Assembly (NCBI GenBank): GCA_047495785.1
Contig: JBLDXI010000042.1
Span: forward strand, 3,720,001-3,784,000
Source: Lepidodermella squamata
Taxonomy: Eukaryota; Animalia; Gastrotricha
DNA length: 64,000 nt
Direction: 5' to 3'
The notes under the pieces are model-generated. The model was not told where the DNA came from and did not search any database. It saw only the letters and a list, made by a program, of their open reading frames with translations. Of this stretch, positions 38,919-51,438 are shown piece by piece (positions within the stretch are counted from its first letter, which is position 1; every line of letters starts with the position of its first letter). The translations under genes and the position numbers were made by a program.

Positions 38919-40634
38919 ATGGAAGTCGACAACGGCGCAGTTAGGCTTTTATCTCTATCAATCAGCAGTTTCGAAGAATCATGTCGCAACGACATCGGGC
39001 TATGCATTGGAAATGGCAGTCCGTTAGATATCGATCCTGAAGATGACGATTGCTTTGAAGCCAATCCTATTCCGATTTCTCACATGAGCAGCGTCATGGC
39101 AGATGGCGGTATCAATAACTGGCCACAAAAGATGATATGCGATTCGGCAACAGACAGCGGATTTGGTATGCGTAAGCTTTTGATAATTTAGTATTCTTAG
39201 CGGCGCCAATATTTACCGCTGGGAACTTATTAAGTGTACCTCATTGATTAAGTCGACTTTATCGACTAAGACAGCTTCGAAATTGACTTTGAATTTCAAA
39301 AGTTGGAGAAAGAAAACGCAAGTAAATCGCGGAAAGGAGAAGTATTGGATTAATACGTATACAGGGTCACAAAGGAAACAGTGGACAACTTCCTCGAAAT
39401 GACATTATAAACATACATCGAATGGGGCACTGCACGCGTTAGCGCTGTGCAACTGGGTGTAACCACCCTGAACCCTGAACCAACTGTCGATCAGCAGTCA
39501 GAAGTAAAGAAAATTGTTCTAGCCGTAGCGTTGAAGTGATACTTTTTGAGTAGCTAAAGCAAGAAAGGACGTTTTTCCGCCATGAAATGATGCTTAAACA
39601 GTATAAGCAATAAAACTGCGTTTCTGTTTACTTTACGCAGTTGCACCAGTGTTGGGAATCTGAAAATCAGGGACTTCGATGTGACTGCAAGGACTGCATT
39701 AGAGGCATTTTTTTCTATGTTATTAGAGAAACCAGTCTATCATGATCTTACAACGCTCCAAACTCGACTTGGTCCAACACCATCCTTCGATTCCGCGATA
39801 ATTTCCATGAACGCGGTCGGTTACCAGCAACCCGTTGATTGGCAAGTGCGTCAATCTTGGCCGATGGCAGCACCTAGCTACCATCCAGTATCGCTGATCG
39901 ACGGCGCCTATGTCGTCATTGAACCGGAACAAAGCGAAGCCGCCTATCCTTGGATGACATTCGAAAAGGAGCTAGAACGCGAGGGTTTCGTCGTCAACCC
40001 TTTCTTCGTGATGGTATGATGGAGATTACACACATAGGTAATAGGATCCTTATTTTCATTTTCTGTAGCCGAATGAAGTCGCGCAAACAACCCCAGCACC
40101 ATTTGTCGAGCCGGTTCCGTTACCCGTGAAGCCCCTAATTCAATTTCAAAAGCCGCCCGGTCAAAACTTGTGGCTATGGTGAGCTTTCTAGTCTAGAATA
40201 TTGATTTTCCCAGAAGCTTCAATGTTGCATTTTAGGCAATTTTTACTTCAACTGCTGATCGACCCGGAAAATTACGAGTCGCTTATCCACTGGACTGGCG
40301 ACGAACCATGGCAGTTCAAAATTGCCGAGCCGGAAGCCGTAGCTCGTTTATGGGGTATGTGTTCGTTTTATTCAAGGTATAGCCAGAACTTATTAATTAC
40401 GTGATCTTAGGTGAGTACAAGGCGAAGCCAAAGATGAATTATGAAAAAATGGCTCGGTCGATTCGAACGTACTATGGTCGCGAACTAGTGAAGAAAAATA
40501 ACAGCAAAGCCGCGGCGCCTACCATCTACTACTTCGGTCCAGGATCTAAAGGGCCGATCGCCAAACTATTGGGCAGTGAAATGACCTTCGATCGACTAAT
40601 CAGCATTACGGGCGCGAATCCACATCGTGGCTAG
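38919..40634 (+). CDS. ETS-domain transcription factor (divergent, PEA3/ETV-like); 3' exons 39641-40013, 40069-40178, 40236-40354, 40411-40634; 5' exon structure uncertain
   Basis: LWLWQFLLQLLIDP...IHWTG...[35 protein letters not shown]...YYF after in-frame splicing. Confidence 0.82.
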
Positions 40635-41671
40635 ATAGCATCGTGTGCCAATTGCACCACAACAACAAACTAGACCAATAATTTACCCTTGTAGCGGTAT
40701 TAACTGACACATTAGCGACTTCTTCAATCCCAATGGTCATGTAATGCCCATGGTTCTTTTTTATCCTTACAAGTTTCAAAAACTGAAGTTCACCTTAGTC
40801 GGTAGTCTTTATTTCCGAGCTATTTTATATTTGGAGGTCTGCTGAGATATGCATGTACTTGAAATGGGTGCTGTGAATACCTATAAAGTTCAATCGGTAA
40901 TGCTCAGCTAAATTGTCGCTTACGAATTGCGTATATTCAATAAAGCGTTAAAATTCAATGCCATCCAAATTTGGAGAATTATCATAGTTGTGAATAGCTG
41001 ACAAGTTGATCTCGCTACAGTACTCACTGTCATTTTTGATTGTCACGAAATTCACGCGTCTGATTTCGTAAATATATTTTCGTAGGATCCAACGAATCCA
41101 ACGAACAGTTTCACGATTGGCTGCATGAAATCAGGGATATGAGATATGTCCTTACACAGCAGCAATCTGAATGGCAGATAAATTAGGTTAAAATATAACA
41201 GGCCTAATGACTTCGTTCAGCAGCGTTTCTTCTAAGAGCGTTTCTATTTAAGAGGTCTAACAGCAAGAGCTAACGATTCAATTAGTTTTTTTCCCGAATA
41301 GCCCGAATCCCTTGGAACCAACATGACCAATTTATCGCTGAGAATGAATCTTACAGGTATTTAACTTTTTTATTTACCATGTATAAAGTTATTCCCCACA
41401 AGCAACAAGAAAGAAAGGGGATATTAGGGCGGTTGGGGGCAGGGGTGTGACTTGGATTTTTTCGCGTTAATATGGTTAGAGTTAATAGGTAAGATTATGG
41501 TTAGAGTTTCATAGGCTTTCAACAATGATGGAACATTTTTCATTCCTCAATGAGGCCATAGGAACAATTGAGGATTACTGGGGCATAATAAGGTATCAAT
41601 TTCCAGCACTGAAACGAGGCCGTAGAAGGAAAGTCTTTCGTCAGCAATCTGTCGGCGAAAATCGGTGGTCG

Positions 41672-44342
41672 CTACGACGCAACAAGTACAGCATAGACAT
41701 TCAACACGAAAAACGCGTCGATGAGGACGAGAAAAGCCGACACGTCAAATGCCCGGGCGTAGCTTGTTGTCACATTGAAAACAGCGATTTCGCCATCATA
41801 ATCCATCAGAAGCGGATAATGAGCGGTTACTGCCAACATTACCGCTTCATATAGAACTAAAGTTCCCGTCAATCCGCATAGAACCAGGATGTATTCAGCC
41901 AAAAGAACTGACTCCGCTGTATCAGGGATTGCACGGAGGACATCGGCTTGCGAAACTATCAGGCTGAGCAGGATCGTCCCCGTGAATACTGGTCGGTCAG
42001 GAACATCAGGACGAAATAAGAAAGATCCAAAAACCAGAACTGTAAGTATGGCACACGGTGCCATATCGTTCACGATAACAGGATTCGGATTTCGCGAGAA
42101 AGCCACAGTGAAACGAGCATAGCTTGATGTCGAATTTCGCCTCAATAACGAGCTTGTAATGCCATGAGTAGAGCCAGCCGAATCGAGCGTCCACAGTTCG
42201 TTGCTGAAGGACTGGTCGAAATTTAGCCTAGTCCCTCCGAATAGCAAGAATTTATCAGCCTCGTCGAGTAAGAACGTGAAGTCGCATGTTTGCGAGTCGA
42301 ACGGGAATTTTCGCAATTTCAAGGCGCATGCCGATTTGATGACGCCGAAACGAAGCCAATGGAAAAATAGCGTACGATTCGGGGTCGTAGGGTAGTAAGC
42401 AATTTGCGTCTGCTCTTTGAACCCTGACTCCATGTAAACGTCAGTCGAGGTGTTTGCGAAGCGCATACTTGGAACCCATATTTGATTGCGGTTCACGGAG
42501 TAAACGCGATCTGCTTCTTCCACATTGGGTGCTGTAACATCTGCGGAGCAAGTGAAAACAACCCATTGAACAGTTAGCGTGACACCAGCTAGAATCTGGC
42601 GGGATTTTGCGTCGATATCCTCTAGTGTATTCAATTGCATGGTGATATAGATTTTCGTCCCATAGTCTGGAGACCTGATTCAAGCAAAAATGATTTTTGT
42701 ATATTTTTGAGGTCATCCTTCTGAAAATTTGAAATCATAAATTTTATTGATATCCAAATGGCCACTAAGTCAAATCTGTCATAATAAGCCTAATACACAT
42801 AGACCGCGAATTATGATTTGGTGTTCAAAGTAAACCTAACCAGGGTCAAGTAGTCTACCATACTTTAGTAAGGATGGCTCACCTGACGGTGGGATTCAGG
42901 TATGGGCAAGGTATCAAATCGCTGATCTGAAGCAGCGGAATTACGTTGCCATCTAACAAATTCGGTATACCGAAGTCTGAGGAATTTGTAATGAAGTCAA
43001 ACGTTCTTAATGCTGCCATAGTTGGCTGTGGCACCGTCGTGGTTGCTTCCAATGTAGTGGTAGCTGAGGATGTGGTTGGCGCTAACACTGTCGTTGAAGA
43101 AGTGCTAGTAAATGTCGCTGTAAGTGTGGTCGTCGATGTCGTGAGAGTAGATGTAGTAACGGTGGTAGCGCTGGACGTCGTCAAGGTCGATGTCGTAGGG
43201 GTCGAAGTTGACCTGGCAGTTGTTGTAGTAGTGGTAGGGGTGGTTGATGACGTTGAAATTGAGGTTGAGGTTGTGCTAGAACTAGTCGATTTGGTCGTCG
43301 TCGGGCCCGTCGTAGTCGGCGTGGGGGTGGTCGATGTCATAGTGCTTGACGTAGTCGATGGCGATGTTGTCGTCGTCGTGCTCGTTCTTGTTGTCGATGT
43401 GCTTGTTGGCGGTGAGCAGTCGTAAACAGCTACATAATATAGGTCGAATGTATCCGAGTATTGTCCACTGCGTCCACCTATTCCAAGTATTTTTGGTCCC
43501 GAGAATGAGTTCGAAATCTTCACAGGTGAAGGCGTGCTGTTATATGGCCCAAAACAAGTACCATTTTGCAAACACATCGCCATCTGAAAATCAGATGCTA
43601 TATATTTTAAACATGTCATTCATGTTTGTTGCTACTCATACTGATATGTAAGATCCGTTTAGAACTCGTAGTTGATGAATGACAAAGTTGTTTGCGAACC
43701 AAGGTTTCAGAGGGATCGAACCTTTGTAGAGTAGCTGAGTGGCACTACCTGGTGTCTGATAAATGGATGCGTCCATATATTTGGTGTATGGGCTGTATCG
43801 AGCAGCAAATCCCTGGTATATGGTTTCATTCGTCCCGTAATAGGTATCTTGAAAATATCCGATATGCAGGAGGCATCAAATACATATTCATTATACCTCC
43901 ATTTGGTGGCCTGCCAAGTGTTGAATTTCTGGCAATCGATAACATGAAGCCATCAGCATTATCTCCATTGGAAGATGCTGTAAAAGCCATCACTTCGATG
44001 TAAAAATCGTCTGTGGTGAAAGGCTTATAGTTCAATTACTATTAGCCTTCAAAGGTACTCCAAGTCAAACTCTCAAACCTGTTTGTTCCACAGTCCCGTT
44101 TCACGCCATGCGTCGCCTTCTGATGTAAGACGGGTAGTGTTCGCAGGCTGGCCGGTTAAATTCAGACCGGCCATCGGCCAGTATTCCCAATAAGTAGGAA
44201 TGTCCGTATTGTGATTTATCAGTGACCACCTTGGGACCAAAGTTCCGCATGAGAGCACTCCAACTTGGCCGTTGACGTTACCTGTCACAGTCAGTAACAC
44301 CATGGTTGACATAATGCATGAAAGAAGATTGAATTTTATCAT
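41672..44342 (-). CDS. Cys-loop ligand-gated ion channel subunit with N-terminal L-type lectin-like domain and mucin stalk, copy A (766 aa); exons 44342-44079, 44023-43897, 43847-43642, 43583-42883, 42674-41672
   Basis: Spliced length 2301 nt, open frame; signal peptide; RLT..G.W.KQPF..DF.IE..ADGF..GIGGRSG..SD; Thr-rich stalk; IWVP; Cys-loop CALKLRKFPFDSQTC (C-x13-C); four TM segments. Confidence 0.88.
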
Positions 44343-44971
44343 TGTTGTCTTATCGCAGTGAATTTTCTGAACTGAATCGCAGCCCTGTCAGTGTTTTCCT
44401 GGACCTTGCAGAACTCTGCGACCATATCCTCCCACTGATTCATGCGCCTAATGTCCAATCTCAATTATCCACAAATATAACAGGCTCGTAAAAGGACTCT
44501 TAGCGACCGTTTGATAGAAAAAAACATAAAAAATGTATGCGACCTCTATATAAAGTTCATGTTGAGTTGCTTACTATAGATGAATATTTCGGACCATTTG
44601 TTTTTTGAACGTGTGTAAACACACAGCGAAATTGTCTGACATGGTGTTTTTCGCGTTGTCATCACTGGGTTCGCTTTGGACACCCTATAAATAGTGGAGG
44701 TGTCGTGCACTTCTGAGTAAACAACACTGCACCCACATGCACACCCACCTGAAATAAACTGAACTTAGAGCTTCAAAATTACATCGCTATCTGCGAGAGC
44801 AGACACAGAATGCATAAGCTTAGAGAGATAGAGATAGACTAGCCGTCGAAGTAGATCACAGAGGGCTTCCGTCTAACAGTCCACCGAAAAAAGCATCACT
44901 TAAAATAAGTCGTGCCGAGGCGGATTGTTCGCCCATCAAAAATTTCCTTTTTGCGGAGTAACTAGTACCGC

Positions 44972-45833
44972 CAGTGTATTATACCAACCGGTTTTAATTC
45001 TGAAAAAACCGACCACCAGTTTAAACCAGTTTATACCGGTAAAAAACACCGGTTTTTATTAATTTTACTAAACATTGGATTTGGCCAAGTAGAGTGTCGA
45101 ACAGCTCAAATTCCTTAGCTCACATCAACATTTCGACTGCACCACGTTAATCTACGCGAAAAACTGCATAGTTTGATGTATTACTCGACTATTATTATGG
45201 AAAAATATCCAAAATTTTTTGGATGCAATAAAGCAATAAAAATTAAAAAATTAGGTAATTATCTCCGGATCTAGGATAGCTATGAAAATTCTGAAAAATG
45301 GATTGAATTCCCCGTGCAAACGTTACTAAGGGTGATCTTGAGATCAAAAGACGCGGTCTTGCCGATTCTTTTGAAAAAAAGAATTTTTACCATCTCCCGC
45401 TCGTCAATTAGATAACCGGAAGTGAATTTTGATTTTGCGATATTTTCTTTATTTTACCGAATTTCGCAGAGGAATTTGGGTTGTAATCTGAGTAATCTGA
45501 ACACGCTGAGCGCATTAGTTTCTTCACTGGGATTATCGATTATCGATTTTACGATGAATGATTGATTTTGAATTTTCTGAAAATCAAAAGTTTTTTGAAT
45601 ACCTGAAACGGACTAATGACCCTTCACAACAAGAATTAGCGATGACTATGATAACTAATGCTATACCTGATCTCGTGACTGCATCGGGTGTCAACACTTT
45701 GAGCTAGGACGACACATTTTCTATGCTTCTTTACCATCTAGTCCTTGGATGTGCATGTTTGAATAAAAACCGGTTTATACCGGTACCGGTGTAAACCGGT
45801 ATAAACTGGTTTGAGTTTAAACCGAATACACTG
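44972..45833. mobile_element. Non-autonomous hAT-type element
   Basis: TIR CAGTGTATT/AATACACTG; 8-bp TSD AGTACCGC at 44964-44971 and 45834-45841; subterminal ACCGGT/AACCAGTTT repeats. Confidence 0.85.
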
Positions 45834-46239
45834 AGTACCGCCTTGTGCATGGATTTCTCATCTGGCCAATTTTGATTATCCATTCTTGACATCATTTGAC
45901 CAATGTCACACCTTTGGCAAGTCAAAGACATCCCATTTCACGTTAAATATGTTTATTTACAGCCGGTTACTTACCGCAGTCACGTGCCTGCGTACATTCA
46001 TCAATCGAGATTACAAAGGAGGCTGGATATGATACAGCAAGTAAATAGGTAATAATTGTAATATCAATATGGAAAGGTAAACTGGACGATGCTAAGACCT
46101 AAGCATTCGGATATATCGTACCCAATATCCAAGTTGTCGTTAGAAAGTTTCTCCTCTGAAGTCAGATTTTGATAAATAAATAGTCATAAATCGAAAGATA
46201 AAGAATAAAGACTTTCAACTCCAGCTCCATCCTCACTGA

Positions 46240-49210
46240 TCAAGGTTGCGATGCGACAGATACGGCATATAAATTCAGGCAAAGAAATGCGTCGATTATG
46301 ACTAGGAATGCCAACAAATCGAATGCACGGGCATAGCACATTGTCGTTCTAAAAACAGCGAACTTCCGATTGTAATTCATCAGTTGCGGTTGACTAGCTG
46401 TGAGGCCCAAAATTGCAACTTCATACAGCGTTAACGCGCCAGTCAGTCCGCAGAGAATCAACATGTACTCAGCCAGTAGCACAGACTCGGCTGTTTCGGG
46501 AACTTCTTGAAGTACATCTGCCTGTGTGACTATCAGACTTAGCAGAAGCGTACCCGTAAACACCGGTCGGTCGGGAACATCAGGCTGAAAGATGAGAGAC
46601 GAAAACACCAATACCGTAATAATAGCACTGGGCGCCATTTTGTTAACAATAATGGGATTTGGGTCTCGCGAGAAAGCCACAGTAAACCGAGCGAAGCTTG
46701 ACGTATCATTTAGTCTCAGTGGTGATTTCGTTATTCCATAGTTAGAAACAGCCGAATCAAGCGCCCAAAGTTCGTTACTGAACGACTCGTCAAAGCTTAT
46801 CCGTGTTCCGCTAAAGCTCACGAATTTATCAGATTCATCGAGTAAGAACGTAAAATCGCATTGTTGCGAGTCGAAGGGGAATTTTCGCAACTTCAGAGCG
46901 CATTTCGACTTGATGACACCATACATTATCCAATGGAAAAATAGTGTGCGATTCGGTGTTGTCGGGTAGTAAGCGATTTGCGTCTGCTCCTTGTAGCCGG
47001 ACTCCATGTAGATGTCGGTTGTAGTATTCGCGAAGCGCATGGCAGGAACCCATATTTGTTTGCGGTCTACCGTGTAAACGCGGTCGGCTTCGTTTACGTC
47101 AGGGGCTGTAACTTCTTTCCAACAGGTTTTTACTATCCATTGAACAGTGAGCTTCGCTCCGACTACAATTTGACGCGATATAACATCGATGTCTTCTAGC
47201 GTATGAAGCTCCATGCTGATATATATTTTCGTACCGGATTGTGGAGTTCTGGAAGGCATCAAGTCTTGTTACAAATGTTTCAAAGCCAACATTCTTGCGC
47301 TAAAGAAGAATTTCTCATAATTTTGTTTGTCGGATATTGCTTTACCTGTAACTGGAATTCTTAGCACGACCCGTAGAGATCAGCTTAAGAGAGGAAACTG
47401 ACGCAGAAACAATTATGTAAAAATTCATTTCGCATTTTTTTCGCATTTATAGTTGTTTAATTTTCTGATCCCAGAATAGTATGGTGATTTTAAATTTTTG
47501 ATGGCCCGGGGCCCGGATCATTCATCTTTGACAAAGGCTGTTTCAAGAAATTTAGCGATCGTTGAGTCTACTAAGCTGCCAGGGTACTTGATTATCGCAG
47601 CAATCAGAATACGTTGATAACGATCGCCGAAACTTGCTCCAATAAGTGGCAACAATGGGGAAATGGCTGACATTCCTATGACGACTATTCAAGTGACTAT
47701 ATTCTTCGAAGACCGTACTCCGGCAAGTTTGAAAATTGTCGAATTCGATATCTTTCAAATTCACATTTCGGCTAACTCTATTTAGGTTGCTCAGCTTCCC
47801 CATCGCCTTCACCCTTCACGAATTTCGAACCTTCAATTACAGCTCAATATGGAATATTCGAGAGGAGCGGGATCCGAGTTCAGGGCACAAATCACGTAAG
47901 CGCCTTACCTTGCATTTGGACTGATAAGCGGGCAAGTAGTCAAATCACTAATCGTGAGTAATGGAATTTCGTTCCCATTCAGCAAATAGGGTATCCCGAA
48001 ATACGAGACATTCGTGTTGAAGTCATAAGTTCTGGATTCTGCTGTTGCTGCAGTGCTGGTGGCAGCCGTTGTCGGAGTAGTCGTTGTTGGGTTTGTTCGG
48101 GTCGTAGTCGGTGTAATGGTACTGGTTGAAGTAGATGTTGTAGTTGATGTCGTAGTAGGCGTTGTAGTGGTCGTCGAAGAAGTACTCGGTGTGTTAGTTG
48201 TAGTCGTTGTTGGGGTCGATGTCGTGGTGCTGGGACTAGTTGTCGTCGTCGTCGTGCTCGTGGTCGTTGTCGACGTGCTTGTAGTCGGTGGGCAGTAATA
48301 CATAGCTACATAGTATATATCGAGTGTATCTGAATAGCCACCACTGCGCCCACCTATTCCGAATATTTTAGGGCCAGAAAATAGGTTGGTAATTTTAGCA
48401 GGGAGGGAAAATGTGGGGTAGGGACCATCACAAGTTCCATTTCCGAAACACATTGCTATCTGCGAAAACACAGACGCGTGTCATGGTAGCCAACAACAGA
48501 TTTACGTTGTGCTTACTGTTATGTCTGACCCGTTGACGACTCGTATTTGATGGATGGCGAAGTTGTTCGCGAAATAGGGTGGCAATGTTGCGAAATTTTT
48601 TGTAAACGCCGTAACTTCGCTTCCAGCAGTCTGGTAGTAGTGCGCTGCTACAACCTTACTATACGGATTGAAATTGATAGAAAGACCCGTGTAAGCTGAC
48701 AGGGTCACCGCATAATAGTTTGAAACAGCTTAAGGAAATCATGTTTAAGCGCTTCTATTGACGGGAAACTTCTCAAACCTGAAGTAGGCGGTCGGGCGAT
48801 AGACGCGTTATTGCCGAAATGAACTCTGAACCCATCGCCCGGATTCCCATCCAGGGCTCCTGTATAAGCTAAAATTTCGATGTAGAAGTCGTCCAACGTG
48901 AATGGCTGTAAAGCAGAATGATAATGCTATGCGTTTCTGGAGTCTGCCCTCTGACCTGTTTATTCCAAAGCCCCGTTTCCCGCCATGTGTTGCCTTCCGA
49001 TGAGAGACGTGTCGTGTTGGCGGGCTGGCCAGCGTAATTTAGTCCACCCATTGGCCAATATTCCCAATACGTCGGTATGTCTGTATTGGAATTTATCAGG
49101 GACCATTGCGGAACAAGAGTTCCGCAGGAAAGCAACCCTACTTGGCCGTTAGTGTTCGTCACTACGGTTAGTAGAACGACGCTTGAGACAATGTGCAATG
49201 GAAACAGCAT
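46240..49210 (-). CDS. Lectin-mucin-Cys-loop channel subunit, copy B (apparently intact, 5 exons)
   Basis: Same exon/intron positions as copy A; CALKLRKFPFDSQQC; PDVPDRPVFTGTLLLSL; last exon 47248-46240. Confidence 0.87.
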
Positions 49211-49884
49211 TTTACATCAATCGTGTTGCTGAATTTTTCTTCTGCATTTATCTGGAATTTGTTTCCGGCGTGCTAATTGCCGCCCACCAACGCTGCAAAT
49301 CACGCCAGAAAATGCTTGTTGTTCAGCGATGTCCCCAGCCCAAGACAAAGAAAGAGCACTCGATTTCGACAAGCTTCAAAAAGATTGAGAACATGGGTAG
49401 TCTCTCCAGCAGTTGGCAGAAGTTCGAAATCGCTGGTCATGAATTAATAACGCGCCTCGCAATGTGCTTAGAGTGCCGTTTCTCCACATGCTGGCTGAGA
49501 ATAACACTACGCATCGACAGCTTCGGCACTTTTGCTGATTCTACGAATAGGTGATTTGTCGGCTAAACACGCAGCTGTTTGGATGACGTCAATTATGACA
49601 AATTCATGCAAGCAGCTGCAGTCATCGAAATAGTGCAGATAGAAGATAATCATCCGACTGGAGTCAGCATTCAAAATCCTTATGATGGAAAATTACAGTA
49701 ATCACCAATATATGAAATTGCACTACTTACACTGCATGCAGGGTAAGTGTCTGGCAAAAGCAGTTCACAGAAAACGGTTGGGCCAGATTGAAGATTGAGC
49801 ATGTTGTAGGAAGGCCCGCGGGCACTCTGAACTTCGTGGCCCTCCCTTCTCATTTTCTCCTGAGTCTGAGAAGCCCGACCTTAT

Positions 49885-50049
49885 CGTTCGTGGCGCGGAA
49901 GAACCCGCACTTCGATGATTTTTTGCCCTGACTGTACCCCGCGAGTACAGCATAACGCGCAGTATTGCATATAGTATCCAAAGCTGTACTCGCGGGGTAC
50001 CGTCAGGGCAAAAAATCATCGAAGTGCGGGTTCTTCCGCGCCACGAACG
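49885..50049. mobile_element. Hairpin MITE, ~67-bp arms and ~31-bp spacer, flanked by TTAT duplication
   Basis: 49885-49951 is reverse-complementary to 49983-50049; TTAT at 49881-49884 and 50050-50053. Confidence 0.75.
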
Positions 50050-51186
50050 TTATCTACAAACGAATAGCGAGCTTTGGCTGTCGACAGGATGGGATCTTGG
50101 ATCCTGGAGCTGCCAGGGATGGGAACATGATTTTCAACCGAGCGAAACGAGCCGAGGCAAAGAAATGTAAGGAAATTTTCCACTAAAAGAAGCTCCAAAC
50201 AGTGGGCTAAATTCTTGTTTTCTTGCCAGGGCTGGCCGAGCTGGGGGTGTTACCCCCATCCCCCTGAAAGTCGCACATTGGCTGTTGATATTTCATCGAT
50301 AATTTCATGTTATAGCGGCCTGAAGCTCTTAGTACAGTGCGTCCAGTAAATGTCGAAAAAATTTGTTTAGCGTTTAGCCACCAATTTTTTAATTCGAGAA
50401 ATTTGTTCACGAGCCCACATCTGTTCAGAAGGGGACTCTCGCCTGTTTTGTTTGAAGTTTGAAATAAATGGTTAAGCGCCCGCTATGGTTCTGCCCGTAG
50501 CAATAATTTCTGTCTGTTTCTTGCATGAGCAGAATACAGATGAAAAATTTCCAATAAAATTGATGATTTCATGGATTTTGCTTGGATAAAAGTGCCAAAT
50601 CGGGCGTGTCTATCGTCTCTCTATCAGGCCCAATATAAACTATCTGAATTCCATCGAACATCCACAGCTAATTTTACACAAAAATTGCGTTAGCCAAATA
50701 GCTCACGTTGTCCAAATCAGAGGCTCCCAAATAGGGTCGGTACCGTCGGTAACTTCTTCATTATTTACTTTATTATTTATTATTTACTGATCAGCACACA
50801 AACTGATAAGTGAGAAGCCAAAGCTAATTTTACTGCCCTTTTTGCGGGCGGTGAGTTGATCTAGTTTTTAGTCAGAATGTGCGGTAAAAATGTTACAGCA
50901 AACCGCATCTCGCTACGGTGAAACAAACGTGCGTTGACGTCCAAGTTTTTTGTTGCTTTTGTTGCTAAGCGTTAATATTTATTTACCTAGATTTTGTTTT
51001 AGTTGCATATACGCGTTTCAATAATGCGATATTTTTAGATCTTCAATGATGCGGTACCAAACAAACATTTGTGGACTACTGAAACATAATGAGGTAGCAA
51101 TAAGGTATCTACAGCCTTTTGACCTGAAGTTCGAAGAAATAAAGCCTTTGTTATATCAACAATCTGTCAGCAAAAATAGGTGAATA

Positions 51187-51438
51187 TTACGCCGCGACAA
51201 GTACAGCGTAAACATTCAACACAAAAATCGCGTCCATGAGGACGAGAAAAGCCGATATATCAAAGGCACGGGCGTAGCTTAATGTCGACTTGAAGACAGC
51301 GAATTTGCCATCACCATCCATCAGAAGTGGGTAACGAGCTGTTGCTGCCAACATGGCCGCTTCATAGAGCACTTAAGTGCCAGTCAGTCCGCATAGAATC
51401 AGCATATACTCAGCCAACAGTACTGACTCCGCTGTATC
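51187..51438 (-). pseudogene. 3' remnant (M3-M4) of an A-type lectin-Cys-loop channel gene, copy C
   Basis: DTAESVLLAEYMLILCGLTGT*VLYEAA...RAFDISAFLVL; in-frame TAA; truncated at a 19-nt G run (51439-51457). Confidence 0.85.

Noticed and set aside
41672-42674. Bacterial origin or contamination of the channel genes
   Set aside because: Spliceosomal introns, a genuine Cys-loop disulfide and eukaryotic transposon insertions
42946-43425. Val-rich plus-strand ORFs (also 48053-48298, 54786-55103, 60332-60553)
   Set aside because: Antisense shadows of the Thr-rich stalk codons
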